A stretch of 63,531 nucleotides of DNA, filler included, from Globobulimina sp. (GCA_003354225.1; 24 parts of 24 records of this genome joined end to end with filler, not necessarily neighbours in it), one strand, 5' to 3'; counted from the whole stretch's first letter, positions 34,019 to 47,159 are shown. Translations and numbers: made by a program. The notes: generated by a model not told the origin, from the sequence alone.

Positions 34019-34036
34019 GTGATAAAATACACACCG

Positions 34037-34376
34037 TATGGTTTTGGAATTTATGGAAATGGGTTTAAAGGATCAATTAATAATTCATTGTGTTTACAAA
34101 ATGCAACGCTTCAAAATATTGGTATTATTGACACAAAATATGTCCATATTGATATCCCAAAATGTTTATCATCATTTCATGAATTACAAGTTATTCAACT
34201 TACAAACAATGACAAATTATACAAATTACCAAAAACATCATTTGATTCCAAACATTTATCATTTGTTCGAATACAAAATAATCATAATTTGAATGGGGAA
34301 ATTAATAATTTGTTTACAGATAATTCATTCACTGAAAATTTACAAATTTTTGCTTTGGATAATAACAATTTCAAAG
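34037..34376 (+). CDS. Leucine-rich repeat protein fragment
   Basis: NGFKGSI, IPKCLSSFHELQVIQLTNN, NLNGEI and LQIFALDNNNF resemble plant-type extracellular LRRs. Confidence 0.7.
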
Positions 34377-34504
34377 NNNNNNNNNNNNNNNNNNNNNNNN
34401 NNNNNNNNNNNNNNNNNNNNTTAATTAATTAANNNNNNNNNNNNNNNNNNNNNNNNNNNNNNNNNNNNNNNNNNNNCTCCGAATGTAGGGGTCACAAAAA
34501 TCAC

Positions 34505-34927
34505 TTGTTTTTATCATTTAGTATTATTTTAGTTCCTATATGGGGTCACGGATGGATTCATCACTCGGTTCCGAAAGAAAACTATCCGCAAACAACAACT
34601 CCGAAACCTTTAGGACCACAGTTGTACAATGGATGGTTCTTGTATCCTAACCCAGATTTGTTCAAAAATTTTGTGGAAGGACGTCAAGAGAAGTTTGGCG
34701 AATACCGTAGCGTCATGGATGGTCGGGTAGAACTAGTCAAAAATGTTCTCACAACTGAAGAAAAGTGGTTGATAGAAGAGGAGCCAGATAATGAGCATAT
34801 TCGTGACTGGGAACCTAAATTAGATTCTCCACAGTGGTCAGACGACTCGTCCCTCGACTCATCGTCACCAAAATATAAAGGGGCTACACACAAAGAAAAG
34901 TATCTGGACGATTATAATCTAAGATGA
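34505..34927 (+). CDS. Hypothetical protein, possibly secreted
   Basis: 140-aa ORF with a hydrophobic start. No known motif. Confidence 0.35.
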   Translation: MFLSFSIILVPIWGHGWIHHSVPKENYPQTTTPKPLGPQLYNGWFLYPNPDLFKNFVEGRQEKFGEYRSVMDGRVELVKNVLTTEEKWLIEEEPDNEHIRDWEPKLDSPQWSDDSSLDSSSPKYKGATHKEKYLDDYNLR

Positions 34928-35332
34928 TTAAGTAATATTTATTAAAAGTATGTTTAATGTACAAGTATATTAATGGGTTACGCCACACTCGTTCTTTGAC
35001 AAGTTTTTTGTATTACTTACCATACAGTACTTACAACGAGCAATTAAACGTAACAATTTTAGGACCACCATTTGGAATGTACAAGTGTAATATACTGTAG
35101 TTCTTTATTGTTCACTACAAATGTGTATATATTTTGTGTTTTTGTATTGTTATGTATGTTTTGTGTACGGTTCAACACCTCTACCTGCTCTGAGCAGTAG
35201 TTGGACCAGTTGTGCTTTTGCATAATAAAATTTAATTGATTTAATGTGAATGAAATAAACGGAACTTTTTCAACTTTTAACAAATGACGCATATACAATG
35301 ATAAATGTTCGATAATACTGTCAAAACAAAAA

Positions 35333-36944
35333 TCAATCAAGAGTAATCGACACGACACTGTTTGCGATGTTTATTCTATTACAACCAAACTTCACTGATA
35401 CATATTGTTTCCATGAAAAGCTGGCAATAGCCTTTCTGAATTCACCGTCAAACTGGCTGATATGGGTCGATGAGAGCAAGTAACAGCACAACTCTTTACT
35501 TGGCTTGACGTCCAACAACTGGAAACAGAACTTGACAGCCTGAAAAGTGAAAATCATGAGTGCGTTTATGGGCGGCATTCGCTTTCAGGGGGATTTTCGA
35601 AGTTTAGGGCGTTTAAAACACGTGTTGGTTGTACATGTATGGGCACTATATCGTAAAACAAGGGCCTCAAGAACGTTTCATGGTACTGATCGATTCGACG
35701 CTCCTACTATAGCATTACAAGGTACTGATCCTTGCACTATTGTAATACAGGGTACTCATCGTAATATTGTATTAAAAGGTACTTATTGCGCACTATTGTA
35801 TTGTATTTGAAGAATCTACGGGTAGGAAAATCTCAGGATTGGACAGTGACAGGCGCTGAATGTACCTTTGTCGCGTGTTTTGTATGTACCGTACCTCTAA
35901 TATGGCTTGTTTCGACCAGACAATATGAGAAAATGTAAGCACTTTCAGGTGGTGAAATGGAATCAAATGTGCGATCCATGTATGTAGAGGCCCACTACGA
36001 ACACTTAGGGATAAATATTCCAGTGTTTCTAATGAAGGACTGGGGAAATTTAAAAGAATTTCGCCTGCATCCACATGTCTTCTTCCCAAATATTTAAAGG
36101 ACAATGATGAAAGATGACCAGAGGTTGCAGTAGTCTTACATAAATCGATGACATGTGAAGTTAGGTCGTCACTTCCAGATGCTCCGAATTGTATAGCAAC
36201 CTTATGTGGGGTTCTATTTTCCAAAACGACCAATAGCTGTCGAAATACATGCCGAGGGACTTCCAGTGAAACTGATACGATCTTGCTACAATCCTGTATA
36301 GCAAGCAGTAAGCTACCCCATAATTTGAATGAAGGTTCTTTGTGGAATTGGAATGATGGCTTCAAGTCGATTTCCTTTATTGTGGACGATGACAATCGGA
36401 GAACGAAACAAATTGCACGTTTTGTGCACAGTGCCAACAGTCCTGTAACTGACGTTAAGTGACTAAAACGATCGGAATAATCCGACAACATTTTCAAACC
36501 ATAAGATTTGAAGCCACTATCGATATCGTCTATCCACCCAATTTCAAATTTCAACGACTCAATTCTTAGACAACGATCGAGATATGCCAAAATGCGATCT
36601 AAAATGATATAAACCAGTGTTTTACTTATTTTTTCTCTCGAAAATATCGATTTTTGGTCATTATTGGAATTTCATGGCGTGACTAAAATTTTAGTACTAC
36701 TGTATATATATTTACCGTATTCTAGAAGCCAATCTGTCTTTATCATCTGGTCAGTCAAAAAAGCGCCACTGATCGTTATCCCGTTAATGTCGCACCAACT
36801 TTGTCGAGACAGGCTGAGAAACATTTTGCTAACTGCTTCGATTTTGACTTTCGAATTGGGGTCCAGCCATCCAAAAATCTTCAACAAAATCTCTGGTGGC
36901 ACTGACGTGAAATAGCACTGTTTCTTGTCTAAAAAGTATTGCAT
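35333..36944 (-). CDS. F-box / LRR-like protein, multi-exon (boundaries uncertain)
   Basis: FTSVPPEILLKIFGWLD......EAVSKMF is an F-box. Downstream same-strand ORFs show LxxLxL periodicity. Confidence 0.7.
35682..35805. repeat. Degenerate ~30-bp tandem repeat, 4 copies, probably intronic
   Basis: GGTACT(G/C/T)AT...(AC)TATTGTA(T/A)TA recurs at about 35682, 35721, 35751 and 35778. Confidence 0.75.
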
Positions 36945-37295
36945 ACATACATACAGGGTGTATACAACATTTGTACATACTGTACATTGTGTAACTATGC
37001 AATCGCGTTTTCCCTGTACTGTTACGCNNNNNNNNNNNNNNNNNNNNNNNNNNNNNNNNNNNNNNNNNNNNTTAATTAATTAANNNNNNNNNNNNNNNNN
37101 NNNNNNNNNNNNNNNNNNNNNNNNNNNGACCTAGGTCATCGAATACTAGGTCAACTTCGAATACTAGGTTGAAAACCACTCTAGCTAACCCAAAAACTTT
37201 GCTAATCGTTGAAATGAAACGAAACGAAACTAAGCCAAAAAAGTTAATTGTAGCAACATGCTTCTACCATTCCTTGTCATAAGCGAACCAATCTA

Positions 37296-37991
37296 TTATT
37301 CTAACCAAACAGTCTGATTAATACATAGATATATTACAATAAGTATAATTATAACAACACAAACGCCAATACCTAAACAAGCTAAAAACCGACACACCCA
37401 CTTTACAATCCATATGCTCCATTTTTTGCAGATACTTAATTTTTTGCCGCTCTCTTTTGTAGATGCTCCACATTTTACTGTTGAAACAAACTGTTTTGGG
37501 GATTCCAATTCCAAATAAATATCAGTTTTTTTCTCCAAATGACTGTCAGTTCTCGTCATTTCATAGTGTATATTATATAAAATATTATGTATATTGTTAA
37601 GATATTCATCTTTTGATAATATATGTTCATAATTACTATTTTTTGGTAATTTAATAGATAATTGCACAGCCAATGATTTTATTGCATGTTGTGGTGGTTT
37701 ATCCAAATTATTTTTTGCTTTTAATGTTAATGCAATCAAAGCAATTGTGACGGTATATATTTCTATAAAACTTGTCAATTCTGTTTTAGTTTTACCCCCT
37801 TCCACAAGTTTTGACCATATATTTTCCTTTTCATCGTATGATTGTTGCTCCACTGTATTGGCTATTTCAAACACCGTACATCCCACATCATCGCTAAATG
37901 ATGCTAATTGTTTATTCGTTTGTATTTCCACCTTATGCTCATTATTATAAATCACTTCCCCTTCTCCTGAAACAATGTTTTGTTGATGCAT
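37296..37991 (-). CDS. Hypothetical tail-anchored membrane protein
   Basis: 231-aa ATG ORF with a C-terminal hydrophobic helix. Confidence 0.6.
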   Translation of the reverse strand: MHQQNIVSGEGEVIYNNEHKVEIQTNKQLASFSDDVGCTVFEIANTVEQQSYDEKENIWSKLVEGGKTKTELTSFIEIYTVTIALIALTLKAKNNLDKPPQHAIKSLAVQLSIKLPKNSNYEHILSKDEYLNNIHNILYNIHYEMTRTDSHLEKKTDIYLELESPKQFVSTVKCGASTKESGKKLSICKKWSIWIVKWVCRFLACLGIGVCVVIIILIVIYLCINQTVWLE

Positions 37992-38066
37992 TTAGTTAGA
38001 AGTGACCTGTGGAGTTATTTACTAAAAATAAATAAAAAAAACAAGAAAGAAACTTAAAGACGTACC

Positions 38067-39489
38067 ATGCAGATCAACCACATTGGAGTAGCACCAGACA
38101 AATCAAAACCTATTGAAAAATGCGTTATTTGTCAATCTCCATTGGATCGCGATGTATCGAATATCTCAGGCTGCTCTCATCAATTTCATAAAGATTGTAT
38201 TGATAATTGGAAAAATGTTAAGCAATACATTCCATATTCAAACTATTTAAATCTAAATCAATTAACATTTCAAAGATAACCAATAAATGTCCAGTATGTA
38301 GAAAAAGATTTACTTTTATTCAACAAGGCCTCCACAAATATAAAGTGGCTGAAAAAGACCAAAAACATGATGATGGACTAACTGATGAATACTTAAACAC
38401 TTTGGACGAGGAACCCTGTCAAATCTGTCAATGTCTGTTTAGTTTGAATATATTTTCATATTTTTTTGTTGCAAATTCAATTGTTTTTAATGTTTAGCAA
38501 CGGATTACGCAGAATATGGTTTATTGTGTGATGGCTGTGACAAATGTTATCATACTCATTGTTTAGGTTTAGATGCTATTCCAGACGGTAATTGGTACTG
38601 TGATACGTGTAAATGCTTACAATCCAATAAGCGATCGACGAGGAATAATGATTACAATTTAAATCATCATACGATATCACGCAATGAAAATAACAGAGAA
38701 TGGCTAGCCTCACAAGACGAGGATTGGACACCTCCGGCAGAGGCAGAGGATATTGATGAATCAAGTGATAATAATGAAGAATTTGAGGACTTGAAACAAG
38801 ATGAATTACATAATAACAACAACAACAACAAAAATAGGAATAGGAAAAGAAAAAGAAATGAATCTGAGAGTGATTTTTCTCCTGAAATACGGAATAATAA
38901 ACGGAGGAAAATCAGTAATAATCGACGAGAATCACCGATGGACAATTTATTAAAACGAAGATCAAGAACCAATAATAATAATAATAATAATAAGTTGACA
39001 GCAGAGACGTCGACATGGGACTGTGATGAATGTACATTTACGAATGAATGGGATAATGAGATATGTTTTATGTGTGAGGCAAAGAAGCCGCGAAGCAATG
39101 TGCATGGAAATAAGTTATCGATGGATGATTATTTTAGTAGTTCGAACAATAAAAATAGGAATAAGAAGAAGGATGATATAAAAAAAGAGAAATTTTCGCG
39201 GTCAAATCCATATAGAAAAAAGCAAACATTTGCACCGTTTGTTGGTCAGAATACAAACAGTATAAATAGCATTATTGGCGATGATATTTTAGCAAACTTT
39301 GATTTGGATGAAGATGATGATTTGTTGTCTGTGACACATCTATCAAATGATAATAATATAAATGATAAACATGAGGCGATTGAGGATTATGAGGATGACG
39401 ACATTGACATTGACATTGAATTCAAACCTAAACCAAAAGTAAAATACAAAGACAAACTCAAAAAATTGACTGAATTTCGGTTCATATGA
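38067..39489 (+). CDS. RING + PHD + RanBP2-type zinc finger protein (PHRF1-like)
   Basis: CVIC...C.H.FH..CI..W..|ITNKCPVCR, then CQIC|...LLCDGCDKCYH..CL....P.G.WYC..C, then WDCDECTFTN......CFMC. Introns 38217..38275 and 38433..38497. Confidence 0.9.
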
Positions 39490-39778
39490 TTGATTCGAAT
39501 TCATTTGTTCCTTCGGTTTAATGCGTTTATCTCTATCATTCACACATTAGCCTATTTTTCCGTTTTGTCACAGCATTTTCCGAACAAACACAGAGTATAA
39601 ATTCCGATCGAACAATGCAGGCAAATCCGTTCACAAAAAGATCAAAATTCAAAACAAAGCAATTTTTCCAAGCCAAAANNNNNNNNNNNNNNNNNNNNNN
39701 NNNNNNNNNNNNNNNNNNNNNNTTAATTAATTAANNNNNNNNNNNNNNNNNNNNNNNNNNNNNNNNNNNNNNNNNNNN

Positions 39779-42089
39779 CTCCATATCCAATTTATACTGA
39801 TTATCCCTCTCAATCTGGCATTCATTCAACCGGTCAATCTCTTCATTTTTCGCATTAATCATCGCCTCAATCTCTACATTCCTCTCTAAATTATACAGAT
39901 TAATCTCATTTTCCCGCTGTATCTTACATCCATTCAACTTGACAATCTCTTCATTTTTATCCTCAATCTCTTTAATTAACTGTTTAAACGCATTATCTTT
40001 ATCAAAATAGTCCCCTTTATACCTATTCAAGGCCTCAATCTCATCCATCTTCGCATTCAGCTCGTTGGCCACCTCCATATTGCACCGATTCAGCCCATCA
40101 ATGTGCGAATCTTTGGTCTTAATCTCATCCACCAACTGCTTATATTTTACATCTCGATCCAACCGACATTTATTCGCTGCCAATAGCTCCCGCTCCAAAT
40201 CCTTATTTATCTTCTCATAGACTCCGATATTACGGTTAAACTCATCACATTTATCCTTATACTCCACCTTCAATTTATCCATAATATCCATCAACTTCCG
40301 CGTCCGTTCCTTGCTCTCTGTAATCTCAATATGAAAACCTTGCAATTTGGCCTTCAAATCGCGATTGGAATGGGTTAATTTCTCCATTTTGTGCTCGGAG
40401 CCGTTCATGCTTGATTTGTAACTATTTATTTTATCCAATAATACGCGTTCATTCTCTTTGAAATCATGGTTTGTATGGCTTAATTGCCCCATTTTCTGTT
40501 CCGAACGCTTGTAACTATTCATTTTATCTAATAATACACGTTCATTCTCTTTGAAATTCTCGATTTGAACATCTCTGCGCTTAATCTCAGAGTACAAATG
40601 ATTTATTTCTGCGATTTTTTCCTCAAATTCCATCTCTTTTTGCGCCATTTGCTGCGATAATATCTTATATTTCTGTTCAGCTTTGTCGTCGATATCAATA
40701 TCTTCCTCTTCTTGAATGGATTGGATTTTATTACCATCTTGTTTTAATTTGAAAAACATGTCAATTTTCTTGAGTTTCTTGTTTTTTAGGCACATGACGG
40801 TCTGCCGCGTTTTCAATGCAGTTTTATACGCTTCGACGGCGATTTTACGCAACATTTCAATGTTACTCAATGAGTTGATGTAATGTATGTGCTCGTTGTC
40901 GTTGTTGCGGGCAAATATGCGTTTTTTATGTCGGGAGGAGGCGCGCGTCGAGTTCACCACTGGATTCATGGTGATTTTCTGCGAATTGCTCGCAAACTCC
41001 ATGGCCCGCATGGTTTCATTGTAGTCGTCATTGGTGATATGCGCATTGACAATCATGCTCACATAGCCATGGCCAGTCAAATACTGATACAATATCTTAG
41101 TTAACACCACCTCTCGCCAGGGGATGGCAGAGCGGCCACTTTGGATGGACTCGATGCAGCGACCCAAGGCACTCAAACTCGTATTGATTTCGCACGACTC
41201 ATTGAAGCGAACATCGCCGGGATCGAAGCCGGTTCTCTTTACGCTCTCAGAACCGGCTAGATCTACGATGCACATTTGCGATTTTAAAGTGCCGTCAGCA
41301 CCAAACAGATCCAACATAAACAGGGCGTGGCTGCGCGACGAATTTGTGTTCAATTTTGTGTGCGCTTTGCTGCGTTTTAAGTTACCAAATTCAATCAGTT
41401 GTAAGGCCTGCGTCGAGTCTGTGATTTGGATGGTGGTCAAATCCGGGATGTCTGCGCCGGAGGGCAGTGCCCGAATGGTTAGGCCTTTGGAGTTGTGTGG
41501 ATTGTCTTGTGAGAGTAGTAAGTCGTAGATGTCTTTGGTGTAATTTTCGAGATAAGAGGCGAATATATTGTACTGGCTGTGGTTGTTTTTGATGAGGCTG
41601 TGGTTGAATAGACCGGATAGTATGGACGGGATCAAGCCGTCGGACGGGATGGATGAACCCATGATGGTGTGGGTTTTACCAGAGCCGGTGATGCCGTATG
41701 AAAATATTAGATTGCTGTAACCAGAGAGAAATCGGGTGATTGCCACTTGGCCAAGTTTGTCGAAAACCTTTTTGGTTTCGGATAATGTGATTTTTTTTTA
41801 TTTATTTATTTTTTTGGTAGATTTAAACCTGAGAATTGATGGTTTGTTCGTCGAATATGTGGTTGAATGAGTAATTGCGAATGTCGGATTGGTTGGGAGA
41901 GGTCAAGGAGATGGATTGCTGTTCATTGCTGATTTGATAGGTTGCGGTGGAGACCGTGGCTTTGTTTCTTGGCCGAAGACGAAGAAATACTTCGAGATTG
42001 TTGGAACTTGCTTGTGGTGATTTGCGCTTCTTTGTGGGCGTGTTGTATCCGTCGAAATTTAATTTCTGTGTTGGATTATCGACCTCCAT
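39779..42089 (-). CDS. Kinesin (kinesin-6/MKLP-like) with coiled-coil tail, 3'-truncated
   Basis: VFLRLRP, YGITGSGKT, NSSRSH, VDLAGSE, INTSL..LGRCI, VSMIVN. Intron 41828..41768. Confidence 0.93.
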
Positions 42090-42657
42090 GCTTTTGAGTG
42101 TGAGAAAAACTATTTTTGAAGTATCAGTAGGTGCAAATTTATATTGCGCAATATAAGAACAACCCCTTGGTGTTTGTAAAGGTCATTGTTCAGACCGAAA
42201 CGTCACAACGATTCAAATATTCCCGGCCTCATTGGTCTGAATCTCTATATCAGTCGCAAAATCCTATCATTTGTACGTCGGTATATTGATAGTGTTTTAA
42301 AAAACATATAATTAAATAATTATTTTTATNNNNNNNNNNNNNNNNNNNNNNNNNNNNNNNNNNNNNNNNNNNNTTAATTAATTAANNNNNNNNNNNNNNN
42401 NNNNNNNNNNNNNNNNNNNNNNNNNNNNNGACTTTTTTTAAAGTAATTAATTTTAAAGGTACTACAATTCGATGAATAATTATAATTCACCGTTGCCGAA
42501 TTGCGCTGTCTATTTTGATGGTCAAGCTGCAGCGCATAATTATATTTTAGAAATATAAAATTATATTTAAACATAACAAAAAAAACAAAGTACAACAAAA
42601 AAATAAAAATATATTTTTAAAATTAGGGAAACAAAATCAAATTAATTATATATATTC

Positions 42658-43842
42658 CTATCGCGTGAATTGTGGGGTCTCAGATTTCATTTTCTGTTTA
42701 GCTTCTTGATAATTTTTAACATTATGCCGTGGCACCTCACAAGATTCAGCCATCCAACAATCCACCAATTTATATGTCTCATCAAACGATTCAATATGAG
42801 ATAAATGCGATGCGCCATGAATGACATATAACGTCGTTTGATGATTATTTTTAGAAAATAAAAGAGCATCCGACTCGCCAATAATATCAAATTCAGAAAT
42901 AAAATATAATATTGGCACATTAATGGACGAGATCTCATTTGTTATATCCAAATTACCTACGCCTCCCCTCGCAGACCAATAACACCAATCGCAATCCGCC
43001 TGCATTTGTGTGAAGACATACTCATTAAATCCGGCAAAAGCCTCAGAAATACAATCCGGCATTTCACCGCTTCGCAAAAATATCACAGTCTCATAAAAAC
43101 TATACGCTTCGTCATATATAGCACTGTTTACGTCATTTGCTTGTAATACATCGCGGTACTTTAAAGGCAAAGAGCCCAACACATTGTCATGCAATCCTTT
43201 TGAGAATATTTTAAAATTTGGTGTTGCCGGATTTGCTAATATTAAACTTAAAACCTGCCCACTATTCACAAAGGAATTGAATGTTACACCAAACTGTGAG
43301 ACGAGGGCACCGCCACCGCTTTGACCTAATAAATGAAACTCTGCGTCGTCAATCACCACATCGATCACCGATTTCATCTCATTCATATATCTCGCCATAT
43401 CACTCAATTCTGCAAAATTTGGTGCAGTGGCAGGATTACACTCATTCGATGAGGTTCCAACGCAAAATTGATCATAAAAAATAACTCGATACCCATTATT
43501 GTTGCCGTTTTGGTCACAAACCAAATATTTATAGGTATCTAAATATATATATGGCAAACCAGGACCGCCGTGAACAATTAATATTGGTGTTAATGAATCA
43601 TACGACGCATCTTCGTGATAATATTCTTTATACGATATTGTCACAACATTATTATTGTTATTTGATGCCAATGTGCCGTCTCGATTTATTCGTATTTCGC
43701 CTGCATTGGTTACCAATTTTTCTTTGCATGTTGTTGATATTAAAGATGCCCACTCATCACAACTCATCGAACTACACAATTCTAACAATATTAATATTGA
43801 CATCACTAATAATAATGTCAGTTTTTTGCTAATTTGAACCAT
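42658..43842 (-). CDS. Secreted proline iminopeptidase-like alpha/beta hydrolase (S33)
   Basis: Signal peptide, VHGGPG, IFYDQ..VG.S, nucleophile GQSGGG, acid EFD and His in ASHLSHIE. Confidence 0.88.
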   Translation of the reverse strand: MVQISKKLTLLLVMSILILLELCSSMSCDEWASLISTTCKEKLVTNAGEIRINRDGTLASNNNNNVVTISYKEYYHEDASYDSLTPILIVHGGPGLPYIYLDTYKYLVCDQNGNNNGYRVIFYDQFCVGTSSNECNPATAPNFAELSDMARYMNEMKSVIDVVIDDAEFHLLGQSGGGALVSQFGVTFNSFVNSGQVLSLILANPATPNFKIFSKGLHDNVLGSLPLKYRDVLQANDVNSAIYDEAYSFYETVIFLRSGEMPDCISEAFAGFNEYVFTQMQADCDWCYWSARGGVGNLDITNEISSINVPILYFISEFDIIGESDALLFSKNNHQTTLYVIHGASHLSHIESFDETYKLVDCWMAESCEVPRHNVKNYQEAKQKMKSETPQFTR

Positions 43843-44011
43843 TATTCTGTAATCTGTGCGCTGTACGGTAACGATGGATCGAAGGTTGCAGTTGTGCGAG
43901 GAGTTAAAGTAAGTGGATTAGTTAAAGTTTTTAAAATAAGTAAAAAATATAAAGATTAGCGTAGAAATATTTGTTTAAAAAGTAACAATTAATTGGTACC
44001 AATCACTGAAA

Positions 44012-44980
44012 TCAGTTGCCGAATATTGGTATCTTGTAAATGCATCCAAAACAACACGTAGCCACTATAACTATAAAATATTCGCAACCAACAAAGACAA
44101 AGAAAACGAATGTGGCTGTTTTCATTGTTTCATATTCGCCACAATCAATATTTGCATCTGACCAAACTGCGCAAGAATGTCCGACAAGACAGCCTGTGAT
44201 GAATAATATTCCTAAGCACAGTGAAAATAAGATGCTATCTCTTGTGGCCACCATTATGGCTCCAAATACGCCTCCAACCAAAGTAAAAATTGGCAATGAG
44301 ATTGTTTCCAACATTGATATTAAACCACCACCAGCTGCATACGTACAGTTTGCCATTTTAATCAATATTATTTGCAAAATGGATGGAATTAATACAATTC
44401 CAAATTGACAAAAAAAAGCACAAATGACAACAAATGCTTCTCCACCACATTCGGATGCAAATGGTGCTGAATTTATTTTGCATGAAATTACAATCGCAAT
44501 GCTAATATTGATGGCGCTGTACATCATTATCCATGTTAATAGCAAATAATATGAGACATTGGTGATCCATAAGTCTGCGGAACAGGAAAGCAGATAACTT
44601 TTAAAAGTATAAATAATAACAACATATTGCAAAATGTACAAAATTGAAAGACAAAATAAAATTATTGTCCATGTTATTGATTTCTTTGTTTTATAAATTG
44701 AAAATAATGACAAAACAAATAATAAGACAGTTATTGTTGACAATGCAATTGTATCCATTGTGTTGTTGGTGCAGATTGCTTGTAAGACTAAGACAGTTTG
44801 CAACGTCGATGATATGATGGGAATGATACTAATCAATAAGAGCAATGCTGTAATTATATGCTTTGCTTCTTTAAACATAAATTTTATACTGTCTTCTGCA
44901 GTCACTGTGACTGTCTCTAATTCTGTATCGTAATTGTCACATATTGGCTCATTACAGTACATCAATTTTGTGGTTTAAAA
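44012..44980 (-). CDS. Multi-pass membrane protein, 5'-truncated
   Basis: About eight hydrophobic segments in a 317-aa ORF. Confidence 0.6.
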
Positions 44981-45826
44981 NNNNNNNNNNNNNNNNNNNN
45001 NNNNNNNNNNNNNNNNNNNNNNNNTTAATTAATTAANNNNNNNNNNNNNNNNNNNNNNNNNNNNNNNNNNNNNNNNNNNNGAGGGTTATTAAAGTGAAAA
45101 ACAGTTTTTATTCAGTCTTTTGGCAAGCGGAGCGAGTCCATTTATATCAATATTAATTCATAGAAGACATATCGTAGGAGGAGGTGGTTTTCGTGATGGA
45201 GCTGGAGGCGGATGTGTAGGTGGAGGCGGTGGAGAATGTTATAAATGAGGAGGAAGAGGCTATGGCGACATAGATTTATGACGCAAAATTTATTGTGATG
45301 ATAGCTCAACGAGAGCATCTTAGAAGATTTGGGTTTAAATCCCCTCATCACATTTTTATATTTTATTTTTTGTAATTTATTATTTGCTTTTTGAGTCTCA
45401 AATTCTGTTTTTTGTTTCTTCGTGAAAATCACTGTTATCAGAAATATTTTTCTCACAAACGACAAATGTTCAGAAATATTTTTCTAGATCACATAATATC
45501 AAAACGGTGAGGAAACGGCAAGAAAACTAAAAATTTGTCGTTTGTGAGGTGATGTAGTGGAGGAACATTCAGCCAGGATCTAAGTCTGGCTCCATGCTCA
45601 CAGATTGCTTGAACATCCCGGAGAGGGGGGTGATATTAAACAATGATTTTAAGATTTTAAGATTTCCTCACTAAACGCAGTATATTGCTCACCAGGTTAT
45701 ATGTTAAATAATTCAACTACGGACGGTACCTGCATATGAATGATTGATGCAAAGGCGGAAAACTTCAAAACTTATTTTCGTCAGACATTATACGCAAATT
45801 CGCGTTAACAATAACAAGACAATAAG

Positions 45827-46293
45827 TTAACAAGAATACATTGATGCAATATCCATTTGATATTGACATGTACCAATAGGTCCAGTTTGTGCTTGAGGCC
45901 ATGAATCATCGCTACAAGCGAATAAAACATTAAATTGATAGTGCATTGATGAATCCTCTTCACACGTTTCTCCATTGTTATATTGAAATAACCAGCTATT
46001 ATTAGCCTCAAAGTATACTGGCTCCACTGCTTTATCGTACATTGCTAACTCATGCGCACATCTACCATTTGATACATTAGTTCTGTATCGCATAGCACAC
46101 CATTCCTGCAGGCTGAGTATTGATAGCCACATCCACTGCAACCTTGCATTGAACATTGTACACCATCCGTGTTATTTAATGCCAATATATAGTCGGTTAA
46201 ATTAAGTATTTTATTTGCATTCTGTGCCGTAAATAAACATTGTTGAGCATTGATATTGCGTAGTAAGAGGACAAATAATATAGCTAGCAACAT
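45827..46293 (-). pseudogene. Secreted MRH (mannose-6-phosphate receptor homology)-like protein with a frameshift
   Basis: Signal + C.F.......LNLT...YQYSACRNG in one frame. F.Y.NG..C......F...F.C.......TCQYQMDI.S.YSC in another. Frames switch near 46090-46110 without a plausible intron. Confidence 0.55.
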
Positions 46294-46342
46294 AGTTTTC
46301 AGTGCTTAGTCAGTTATCCTTGCGCAACTACTGAGGCTATCA

Positions 46343-47157
46343 ATGTCACTTTTGTTAGCTGTTTTTTTTGGAATTTCCGCTGTTTATGGACAATGTGATG
46401 CTGTGTATAATTGCTCTCTTCCAATAGCAATAAGGTGTGCTAATCAAACTGCACAGGACCATACTTGCAGTGTAACAACAGGATGTGAGAACTTTCCAGA
46501 TGAATGCAGTGCATGTTGCAGATGTCACGATCTCTCGCAGACAACAGGTAAATATATATTAATATATATAATATATATAATATAACTAACTCACATTATA
46601 CAGCTGATGCTTATTGGACAACATTTTCATGCGAAATAGGATTATGCCCAACATCAGCACCATCACACGAGCCAACATTTGAACCAACAACAGAACCAAC
46701 GATAGATCCAACATTAATTGAACCAACAACGGAACCTACGCTACTCCCAACATCAACAACATCAACATTAAAATCAGGCAATGGTGATTTTAATATTGGT
46801 GATATATTTGGCGGCGATTTTAATTCTTGGACATTGTATGAATGGATCGCCGTTGTCGCTGTAATTGCACTTATTTTGTTGATATTATTGTTTTTATGTG
46901 TATGGCGCTATAAAAAGGCACATAGTAAAGTCATGGGTCGTAGTACGAGCGTCAATGTGCATGAGGATTTTGGAGTTGTAAGGGCCAGATCAAATTCTGA
47001 TTCGCCACAACAACTCAATTTTGGTGTAGGGATTTCAAGGGTTGATAGTCAAGCATTTGATAGTGCATTGAATAAGGTTAAACAACATGGAAGTACGCAA
47101 ACTTCGGCGTTAGAAATGCAAGATGTAAATCAACAAAAAAGCTTGAGTGGAAGTTGA
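46343..47157 (+). CDS. Single-pass cell-surface protein (signal, Cys-rich head, T/P/E stalk, TM), 2 exons
   Basis: Intron 46548..46603, with a CTAAC branch point, joins ORFs 46343 and 46834 in frame. Confidence 0.8.
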
Positions 47158-47159
47158 AT

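Larger units (their letters stand above)
31826..34036. repeat. About 185-bp imperfect direct repeat (31826-32011 and 33851-34036)
   Basis: ACGTATCTCTTTGGAGTTGTGATT...GATAAAATACACACC occurs twice with a handful of substitutions, about 2,025 bp apart. Confidence 0.95.

Noticed and set aside
35682-35805. Four ~30-bp repeats as a possible mini-CRISPR
   Set aside because: Copies are degenerate and nearly adjacent, with no spacer-length unique sequence, in a eukaryotic intron-like context.
37128-37170. Short repeated CGAATACTAGGT motif at a contig start
   Set aside because: Only two copies at a contig edge, too little to interpret.
40400-40565. Duplicated FKENERVLLDK.NSYK segment in the kinesin tail
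   Set aside because: Ordinary internal coiled-coil duplication.
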